Below, piece by piece: positions 53,015-60,617 of a DNA stretch of 64,000 nt. The stretch spans positions 1 through 64,000 of the IMG/VR virus record IMGVR_UViG_3300027985_000843. One strand, given 5' to 3'. The position numbers were made by a program, and so were the translations under genes. Each line of letters starts with the position of its first letter. Within the stretch, counting starts at the first letter, position 1. Under the pieces are notes generated by a model, which worked only from the letters and a program-made list of their open reading frames with translations, did no database searches and was not told the origin of the DNA.

Positions 53015-55188
53015 GCAAGAAAAACAAGAAGAAGCAGCCGAAGAGGGCCGGCCTCGATCCTGAGACGGAACGGCGTCTCAGCTTCCTCCGGGGCTTGCCC
53101 AACGGACTCATGGACCGCAGCACCTCCAAGGCGATCCGGCTGCGTCTGTGCGAGCTGAAGCTGGCCGGCACAACGGACACCCAAGAAGAAGCCGTCAGGT
53201 ACCTAGAGGACCATGGCGAGTTCACTCCGACCCAGATCAACATGTTCCACCGGGAGGACGTCGAAAGCCTGACCCTCCGGGACATCCGAGCCGAGGTCAG
53301 GCAGAAGATCATCGAGGGGCAGGCCATCGAGACCGTGACTCAGTGGGCCCTCAAGCAACCCCACCCCCTCATGACCAGCAAACAGCGGCAGGAGCATCAC
53401 TACCGCATCCTCAGGCTGGTCGCTCTGGAGAACACTCGCATCCAGGACTACGAGGGAGAAGTGCTGCTCGACATCCGGCGGGTTGCGTCATACGAAGACG
53501 ACGCAACCCCCGAGAAGGTCGAGCAACGTGTCGTGGATGCTCGACGCAAGCACTTCCTGGTCCTTGGAACCGTCGAAGAGGCCCCGTCCTTGAACCTGGT
53601 CCAGCGGTTTTTCAAGGAGGACGTGGGGGCTCTCGACATCGAAGAAGCTATCGAGAAGGCCATTCTCTACCTTCGCGACCAAACCAGGCAAGGCACCCCG
53701 GAGGTGGAAGCTCTCAAGGAGGCTATTGAGACCTTCGCGGATGACGTACAGGTCCGAATCTTCGACAAGGCCCTGGCAAAGCCGGACGTGTTCAAGAACT
53801 CCAAGCACACGGAGCTTCGGCAGATGCGGTTCCAGGACCCCGACGTCCAGAACCGACTCAAGGCCATCAGCTCGACCCTGCCCCTCGAAGAGCGCCTGCG
53901 CTACCTCTTGCACCTGAACATGACGGTAGATTCCTCTGTCGACGACAGCATCGACATGGACATGTTGGAGGACCGCTATCGGTCGAGGAATCGATCGGGC
54001 ACCTCTTGGGTCGTGGACTTCGCCAACATCCGTCGAAACCCCAAGGCGACCGATGAAGAGAAGACTGTCGAAATCTACATGACAGCCATGTCGATAGTCT
54101 TCTTCCTGTCGCGGCACGGGGAGAACAAGAAGGGGACCATCCACCTGTGGCGCCTTCTCCAAGAAGCTAAGATCTTTCACTTCGACCCCCAGACCTACCT
54201 CGGAATCCACAGGGAAGCTGATCGCTACACCACCGAGTCGCTGGCCGGCCTCAACTATCTGTCATCTGGTGTGGGGCACCCCACCGAGGACGAGACAAGC
54301 CACCTACTTGACACGATCTACTACGGGGCGAAGAAGGTACCCTTCCCCGAGAAGCTCCCCTTCCCCGTTGTGTTCTTCGGTTACGGAGACGGGCTAGATC
54401 TGTCCCAAGAGGCGCTTTCAATGAAGGCCCCTCCCGAACTCAAGGCCAAGGTGGTGCGAGGGAGTTTCGTCGGCCATCTGCTGTCCGACACAGGGCATGC
54501 ATTTGTGTTTCATATCGTCACTATTCACGATGAACGCGGGGCGCGGGAATCGTTCTGGGTCGAGAGCTGCCGGACGGACGACAGCCGCTTCTGGGTACCC
54601 TCTGACGTCGCACTGGAACCCTGGATCCTGACGTCCCTAGTCGACATCATCAACGATCACCGTACCTTTATGCTGGAATCCTATGTCACCGGACAGCAGC
54701 GGGCTCGGTACAAGGACGAGCGCAAGACGATGGGGCTCAAACCAAACTCCCCTGCCTACACGCCCCCGCCCTTCTATAAGCTCAAGCTGACCTCGAAGGT
54801 GATTCAGGAAAAGGTCCGCCTGGGATTCAGTCGCCCCCGCCTGCCCGTCTCCTATCGAACCGACGTGCGAGCCCACGAGCGGTGCCGGATTCGTCGGGGC
54901 ATCCTGCCAATCGATCCGGAAGTGGCCGCTGACCTCACCAAGCGGGGCTACCGCATCTTCGGGAACAACCCCCTGGACGCGGACACCCTCCGGCGTCTCT
55001 ACGAGCGTGGCGTGCCCTTCAAGCGGTCGGACGAGTGGCTCGCCATCAAGGTGTCGTGGGTCAGGGAACACTTCACGAGCAATGACCCGAACCTGCCCTA
55101 CGTCCCCGCTACTCGGGTATGTGGAAAAGTCCGGGTCAAAGCGAAGAACATCGACAGCAGTTGGCGGTTCGATCCCGCCTCAACATGA
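53011..55188 (+). CDS. Large hypothetical protein
   Basis: 725-aa ORF; C-terminal VRAH.R...WVREH motif. Confidence 0.8.
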   Translation: MSKKNKKKQPKRAGLDPETERRLSFLRGLPNGLMDRSTSKAIRLRLCELKLAGTTDTQEEAVRYLEDHGEFTPTQINMFHREDVESLTLRDIRAEVRQKIIEGQAIETVTQWALKQPHPLMTSKQRQEHHYRILRLVALENTRIQDYEGEVLLDIRRVASYEDDATPEKVEQRVVDARRKHFLVLGTVEEAPSLNLVQRFFKEDVGALDIEEAIEKAILYLRDQTRQGTPEVEALKEAIETFADDVQVRIFDKALAKPDVFKNSKHTELRQMRFQDPDVQNRLKAISSTLPLEERLRYLLHLNMTVDSSVDDSIDMDMLEDRYRSRNRSGTSWVVDFANIRRNPKATDEEKTVEIYMTAMSIVFFLSRHGENKKGTIHLWRLLQEAKIFHFDPQTYLGIHREADRYTTESLAGLNYLSSGVGHPTEDETSHLLDTIYYGAKKVPFPEKLPFPVVFFGYGDGLDLSQEALSMKAPPELKAKVVRGSFVGHLLSDTGHAFVFHIVTIHDERGARESFWVESCRTDDSRFWVPSDVALEPWILTSLVDIINDHRTFMLESYVTGQQRARYKDERKTMGLKPNSPAYTPPPFYKLKLTSKVIQEKVRLGFSRPRLPVSYRTDVRAHERCRIRRGILPIDPEVAADLTKRGYRIFGNNPLDADTLRRLYERGVPFKRSDEWLAIKVSWVREHFTSNDPNLPYVPATRVCGKVRVKAKNIDSSWRFDPAST

Positions 55189-55195
55189 GGACATT

Positions 55196-55603
55196 ATGAA
55201 CGAACAAGACATCCGCCGAGAAGCCGCTGAGAAGGCTCTGCCGAAGTTTGAGCGAGCCCTGGATAAGCTACGTGATGAAGAACATGTCCTGGTGGACTAT
55301 CGCCTCTTCAAGCTGATTCCCCAAGACGAAGTCATCGAATCCGTCGACAAGCAAGCCGCCGAACTGGGAAAGAGCTTCCAAGGAGCCATCTACTTCTGCA
55401 AGGAGAACTTCGACGCTCTTCGGGAAGGGCAGACCGCGCACCTGTCCTTCTATGGGTTGGGCGTACGGGACTCGGCCTCCCTCGGCCACCTTATCGTCAA
55501 GTATCTCTACGAGGAGGGTTTGAACGTCAAGTGGCCGGGAGACCCCTGCTTCACGATCAACGTGGACCCGTGCCCACAGCTCAACCAGACGGACGAGAAC
55601 TAG
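55196..55603 (+). CDS. Hypothetical protein (DUF6891-like)
   Basis: LG..IV..L..EGL.V.W.GD....I.V. Confidence 0.55.
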   Translation: MNEQDIRREAAEKALPKFERALDKLRDEEHVLVDYRLFKLIPQDEVIESVDKQAAELGKSFQGAIYFCKENFDALREGQTAHLSFYGLGVRDSASLGHLIVKYLYEEGLNVKWPGDPCFTINVDPCPQLNQTDEN

Positions 55604-56208
55604 TCTTCCTCGCCCTCGTCCATCAGCTCAAAGGCTGCGTCTTGAAGAGCTTCGTCCAGCTTCCTCGCCGCTGGGCCAGTCTTGCTCGCCACGTACTTCG
55701 ACAGGTCGCGAATGGTGAATCGAGGATCCACGAACAGCACGTCCCAGTCACCATCCCATGTGCCCACGCCCGCTCCCTGGTGTTCCATGTAGTACAGGAA
55801 GCCGGCGCCGCCGCGCAGGTCCATCATCACCTCGACCACGTGCTCTGGCTTCTTGGCACTGCGGAGAGGGCCGACGCCCATCTTGAACAGGCCGATGTTC
55901 TTCTTCACCCAGTCGAGGAGCGCCTTCTCCACGGTCTTCTCGTAGGCTTCGGCGGCGGCCTCCACCTCATGAGGGACATCGGGGCTCCGAGCATCGCCGC
56001 CAACGGACATGACCTCTGTCTCCAGCAGACCCGTGAGCGTAGCGTTGTCAGACAGCTTGGCCGTTCGATCCAACTTGCCTTCGACCATGTAGGCGAGACG
56101 GATGAGGTTGCGGGCGACAGCTTTCCGGCTCGTGGGCTGACTGCGCTGGAAGGCGAGCATGCGAGCAAGTTGGCCCTGAACCTCGTCGATAGAAGCGACT
56201 TTGTGCAT
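55600..56208 (-). CDS. Putative late protein with MHKVAS leader
   Basis: N-terminus similar to 63363-63761; class III-like TCTGTTTATG (56233-56242) and GAGG SD. Confidence 0.7.
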   Translation of the reverse strand: MHKVASIDEVQGQLARMLAFQRSQPTSRKAVARNLIRLAYMVEGKLDRTAKLSDNATLTGLLETEVMSVGGDARSPDVPHEVEAAAEAYEKTVEKALLDWVKKNIGLFKMGVGPLRSAKKPEHVVEVMMDLRGGAGFLYYMEHQGAGVGTWDGDWDVLFVDPRFTIRDLSKYVASKTGPAARKLDEALQDAAFELMDEGEED

Positions 56209-56384
56209 GAGGGTTCCTCTCCGACCACGAACCATAAACAGAAAGTTGGCCGTCTCGTCTCAGGAGCCTATCGTGGCGGCATGATGATCCAAATCACACT
56301 GCCCGCCGACGCCACCGCGCTCGAAGTCATGTACCTCAAAAATTCCCTGCCGCTTGGTTGGCGACTCCGGTGTATCCCTGAGGT

Positions 56385-56756
56385 ATGTGGGACCAAGGCA
56401 CCCTGGAACGAACAACCAAAGCAGCTGACTTCAGGGCTTCCTTGTGGGCCAACGCCACAGGGTGCAAACCCGTCCGGTTGAGGTTCCGTAGCAGTTTCCT
56501 CGCCTTTGTGCACGGCTACGGAGGCACCTTCAACCCACCAGAGGAAAACGTCATTGTCATCGACAGCCTCGACAGCCAGTCGATGAAGGTGGGCAGGAAG
56601 GCGGGCATGTCGACCTTGGAGGCGTCCAAGATGGCTTTCGCGGTGTTCGGCGACAAGCTCGGGCGCACCAAAGCGATAAACGAAGCGTTCAAGCTCATCT
56701 ACGGCACACCGCGAGAACACCCTCTGCACCTCATCGAGAACCCCCATGGCACTTGA
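56385..56756 (+). CDS. Hypothetical protein
   Basis: CGGTGTA(56368)-N10-ATG. Confidence 0.6.
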   Translation: MWDQGTLERTTKAADFRASLWANATGCKPVRLRFRSSFLAFVHGYGGTFNPPEENVIVIDSLDSQSMKVGRKAGMSTLEASKMAFAVFGDKLGRTKAINEAFKLIYGTPREHPLHLIENPHGT

Positions 56757-57156
56757 AGACACTGCGAAAGAATACACCTCCGTTCAGACCGTGAAGGCCG
56801 TCCACATCGAGAAGAAGGGGACTTGCGCCATCTACGGGACCAAGATCGAGATCACTGCCGACGACATGTTCGTCTTTCAGCTGGATGGGCAGGTCTACGT
56901 CATGCCAGGGGAGCGGTTCCGGAGGCGATTCCAAAGCTCTCCCCAAGAACGACCGCAGGATTTCCGAGCCCTCCGAGACTGCGTGTCCGTCATCAAAGGG
57001 GATTCGGAGATCAACGAGTGCTACTACGAGGTCCACGTGGCAAACCGCCGGATTTGGGACAAGGGTGGCCTCCGGAGTGTCGTGCCCGACGAGGCCCAAG
57101 CAGTTGCTGAGAACATCCGCAACGACCTGGTGAGGGCTGCCATGAGGCAATCATGA
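56746..57156 (+). CDS. Hypothetical protein
   Basis: Operon overlaps. Confidence 0.6.
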   Translation: MALEDTAKEYTSVQTVKAVHIEKKGTCAIYGTKIEITADDMFVFQLDGQVYVMPGERFRRRFQSSPQERPQDFRALRDCVSVIKGDSEINECYYEVHVANRRIWDKGGLRSVVPDEAQAVAENIRNDLVRAAMRQS

Positions 57157-57869
57157 AGCCGCAGAACATCAAGGACGCGGACAAGACCATCCAGTCCGTC
57201 AACGCGTACATCCAAGAGCACGAGATCAAGTTCGTCCTCGGCGTCGACGAGGCAGGCCGAGGAACGTGGGCCGGCCCCCTCGTGGCGGCCGCCGTCGCAG
57301 TGCAGCCGAACTGGACCCCGCCGGCCGGCCTCGGAGACTCCAAGGGACTCACCCGCGCCACCATCAGCAAGCTGTGGCAGAAATACTACCGCACCACGCG
57401 GCATGGTATTGGGGTGGTGCACGCCCCCGAAGTCGATTCCATGGGCCTCAACCCTGCCCAGGCACACGCGCAGGGACAAGCTATCCAAGAGGCTCTCAAG
57501 CACACACCCTCTTGGGTGCTGACCCGGGAGATCCTCGTGGTGGTCGACGGCAATCTACCGCCCGTTCTCGACAAGAGCCGAATTGGCAAGCTCATGCTCA
57601 TCCCCAAGGCAGACGCCCTCATCCCAGCCGTCTCTCTTGCGTCGGTCTTCGCCAAGATGACGCAGCTCAACTTCATGACGGAGTATGACGACAAATACCC
57701 GCAATACGGCTTCGGCCAGCATGCGGGCTACGGAGGCAGTCAGAAACATCGAGATGCCCTTGAGCAGTTCGGTGTATGTGACATTCATCGCCGAAGCTTT
57801 GGCCCGATCAAGAAGATCCTCGCCAAGGCTCAAAACCCCGAAAGGTCGTGGGAGCTGCTAGACGACTAA
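57153..57869 (+). CDS. rnhB: Ribonuclease HII
   Basis: GVDEAGRG.WAGP, DSK.L, VDGN, KAD...AVS.ASV.AK, YGF..H.GY, HRRSF. Confidence 0.95.
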   Translation: MKPQNIKDADKTIQSVNAYIQEHEIKFVLGVDEAGRGTWAGPLVAAAVAVQPNWTPPAGLGDSKGLTRATISKLWQKYYRTTRHGIGVVHAPEVDSMGLNPAQAHAQGQAIQEALKHTPSWVLTREILVVVDGNLPPVLDKSRIGKLMLIPKADALIPAVSLASVFAKMTQLNFMTEYDDKYPQYGFGQHAGYGGSQKHRDALEQFGVCDIHRRSFGPIKKILAKAQNPERSWELLDD

Positions 57870-57903
57870 CCAAGCCCTTCTCGCCACGATCTAGGAGACA
57901 CAC

Positions 57904-59031
57904 ATGGTTGCTTTCGAGCTATCCCAGAGTTTCGAGATGCCGGACGTCCTGCAAGCCGGGCGCCCCGACACCCGGCCCATCAGACGGGCGATCGACTTGT
58001 TCCGCCACCACTCCTCCAAGGATGAGTGGGACAAGCTATGCCAGTACACCGTCGAGGCCCTTTCCCGGAGCACGTCCCAAAAGGACGACCGCAAAATCAT
58101 GAGCATCCAAGCGATGCTCCTCGGAGACTGGGACAACATCAAGTCCACCGAAGGGAACAAGCGGATACAGGAGGGACGGTACAAGGTCTGGGTCGTCTGG
58201 GTGCAGACCGTCGCCCCGCACTGGTACAAGAACCTGCTCCGGTGCCACCTGGAGATGTGGAGCCTCCAGGTGCCCGAAGGGCCGGACCAAAACAACATCC
58301 GCAAGCTGTATCAGACGTTCGCCGTCGACTGCGGGTCCCTGCTGTGGGGATGGGACAACCACAACAACGCGGAGAGTCGGATCGCCGAACTCCAAAACCT
58401 CATCCTCCAAATCGAAACCCCTCAGCAGAGCTGGATAATGGAAGAACGCCACGTCTTCCAGTACAACTACGAAGTTTCCTTCATTTCTCGCTTGACAGAG
58501 GTTCCCCCCACCCCTGTCAACTCCACCAATACCCCCTACGCCGCTGAGCCGCCCTCTCGGCGAGAAGCTCGCAACGCCATCGAAGAAGCTGCCTACGACT
58601 ACGTCCTGAACCTGTTCCCCAACATCGACAACGCCGACGTGACAGCGTGGCCGATCGAACCCTGTTGGGTCTTGCTCCGGGCAGACGGGCAGATCCAGCG
58701 GCTTCTCATGGTGTTTCGCTACAACCAGGCATTCTCGCGAATCCCTAGGGTCGTGACGGCCTTCGGGGGCATGAACGTCATGGGACTCGTCAACGAGGAG
58801 GAATGCGATTCTAGCCACCCTCTGTTCGCCGGAGAGCTGCAATTCGCTGGCACCCGCCGAGTCGTGCTATTCAACCTCAAGGGAGCGAATACCACACTCG
58901 TTCGTACGTGGGTGAGTCGGTCGGTCCCCGCGAAAGAAGACATCGTCAAAGAGTTCTACCTTGCCAATGGCGATGGTATGCGTAAGGTCCGGCCCGACGT
59001 GTACGCGAAGGCGAAGAGTCTCAAGAAATGA
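57904..59031 (+). CDS. Hypothetical protein
   Basis: 375-aa ORF with AGGAG SD. Confidence 0.75.
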   Translation: MVAFELSQSFEMPDVLQAGRPDTRPIRRAIDLFRHHSSKDEWDKLCQYTVEALSRSTSQKDDRKIMSIQAMLLGDWDNIKSTEGNKRIQEGRYKVWVVWVQTVAPHWYKNLLRCHLEMWSLQVPEGPDQNNIRKLYQTFAVDCGSLLWGWDNHNNAESRIAELQNLILQIETPQQSWIMEERHVFQYNYEVSFISRLTEVPPTPVNSTNTPYAAEPPSRREARNAIEEAAYDYVLNLFPNIDNADVTAWPIEPCWVLLRADGQIQRLLMVFRYNQAFSRIPRVVTAFGGMNVMGLVNEEECDSSHPLFAGELQFAGTRRVVLFNLKGANTTLVRTWVSRSVPAKEDIVKEFYLANGDGMRKVRPDVYAKAKSLKK

Positions 59032-60011
59032 CCACAGCCCGTCCCTTTCTCAAGTGGGCCGGCGGCAAGCACCAGCTCTTGCCGCAACTCCTGAATATCT
59101 TCCCCAGACAATGCGGGACCTACTACGAGCCCTTTGTCGGGGGAGGGTCAGTGTTCTTCGAGGTAGCGTCCCGCAAGAGAATCAATTTCGGCCGGGCTGT
59201 CCTCAATGATGCCAACCAGGAGCTGATCGACTGCTATCAGGCGGTCAGAAGCTTCCCTCGCGATCTGATCCTCCAGCTCAAGAGGTGGGAAGTCAACAAG
59301 GAAACGTTCCATCGCGTCAGATCCATGCAACCTGAAGACCTGAGCCCAGCTCGCCGGGCCGCTCGCATGATCTATCTCAACAAGGTGTGCTTCAACGGGC
59401 TGTACCGCGTCAACAAGCAGGGGCAGTTCAACTCCCCCTTCGGTAGGTGGCCCCGGCCGCCCCGGCCCCTTGATGCCCCCAACCTACTGAGCTGCTCCGC
59501 TGTCCTCAATCGATACGCGGCCTTGTACAACCAGGACTTCGCACAGGCCGTGCTGGACGCCCAAGAGGACGACCTCGTCTACTTCGACCCGCCGTACGTC
59601 CCCCTCAACCCAACCTCGAACTTCACCAGCTACACCAAGGACGGGTTCTATCAGCAGGACCAGGAGCGCCTCGCGCTGCTCTTCCGGCAACTCGTGGCCC
59701 GAGGGGTGAAGGTGATACTCTCGAACTCCGATACGCCTCTAGTTCGAGAGCTGTACCACGGGTTCGAGATGCACGAGGTTCTGGTTCGGAGAAGCATCAA
59801 CTCCAAAGGGACGCAACGGGGAGGAGTTCCCGAGCTTATCGTTGTGGGCCGGCCCGAACTGTTGGTCGACCCCTACCCCGAATGGCTCGGCGGCCGCCCG
59901 CCCTCGCACGAACAAGTCGACTACGCCGCCTACATGGCCTCCCTCGAAGAGGCGGGCGAGCTGCGGGACGGCGACGAGTTCACCCTGAGCGACTTGGACG
60001 CACTTTTCTGA
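59028..60011 (+). CDS. dam: DNA adenine methyltransferase (Dam/D12 class)
   Basis: PFLKWAGGK, YYEPFVGGGSV, FNGLYRVN..G.FN.PFG, YFDPPY. Confidence 0.93.
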   Translation: MTTARPFLKWAGGKHQLLPQLLNIFPRQCGTYYEPFVGGGSVFFEVASRKRINFGRAVLNDANQELIDCYQAVRSFPRDLILQLKRWEVNKETFHRVRSMQPEDLSPARRAARMIYLNKVCFNGLYRVNKQGQFNSPFGRWPRPPRPLDAPNLLSCSAVLNRYAALYNQDFAQAVLDAQEDDLVYFDPPYVPLNPTSNFTSYTKDGFYQQDQERLALLFRQLVARGVKVILSNSDTPLVRELYHGFEMHEVLVRRSINSKGTQRGGVPELIVVGRPELLVDPYPEWLGGRPPSHEQVDYAAYMASLEEAGELRDGDEFTLSDLDALF

Positions 60012-60019
60012 GAGAATCC

Positions 60020-60053
60020 CCGAACTTCTTCCGTCGGCGGTCGTAGTACGACC
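60020..60053 (+). promoter_or_regulatory. Class I promoter
   Basis: CCGAAC-N16-CGTAGTA-CGACC-ATG(60054). Confidence 0.85.
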
Positions 60054-60617
60054 ATGCAGACCCCTCAAGATGCTCTTCAGCACGCCTGGATCAGCACCAC
60101 GCAAATCGTGCTCATCGCCGAGAAAGGCACGCGTTCGTTCCCAGCAAAGGCGTTCGACGCCTCCGGCAACTTCCATGATGCCGAAGTGATGAAGCGAGCC
60201 ACCAAGGAAGCGCTTGAAGCCCTGGAGGGGCCCGACGAGTTGGTGGGCCGGCTCCTCGGATACGCCACCTTCGGCACCCGTGGAATGACCTCGTACATGT
60301 TCACGGTGTATACCATCGTGAACGGCAGGGTCGTGGAGACCGGCCATGCACGGTACATCGACGAGGTTGAGCAGATGGTCGAGAGCCAGCACGCCCAGCT
60401 CCAGGGCACTGAGGATGAGCTGGCCGCCCGCCTCGACACAGAGCTGGGCCGCCACGACTGGTACGCCCACATGGCTGAGGGCTCCGCTTGGGCGGGGGCC
60501 GACAGCCACCTGATAGGGGTCATCAGGCCCCTGCTCGCAGCCCTGCCCGAAGAGCGCGGCTTGGCTATCTGGCAGAAGCACGCCCCCGAAGGCTACTCAA
60601 GGAACCCCTACGCATGA
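60054..60617 (+). CDS. Hypothetical early protein
   Basis: L..HDWY...W.KHAP. Confidence 0.7.
   Translation: MQTPQDALQHAWISTTQIVLIAEKGTRSFPAKAFDASGNFHDAEVMKRATKEALEALEGPDELVGRLLGYATFGTRGMTSYMFTVYTIVNGRVVETGHARYIDEVEQMVESQHAQLQGTEDELAARLDTELGRHDWYAHMAEGSAWAGADSHLIGVIRPLLAALPEERGLAIWQKHAPEGYSRNPYA

Noticed and set aside
55119-55186. tRNA-like T arm GGCGG-TTCGATC-CCGCC with partial acceptor pairing
   Set aside because: No D or anticodon arm, spacing too short, no CCA, and it lies inside a coding 3' end.
4121-60311. Intragenic GGTGTA matches (about 4121, 5925, 10774, 24036, 31120, 57770, 60305)
   Set aside because: No supported gene start at the 9-12 nt spacing; chance matches are expected for a 6-7-mer.
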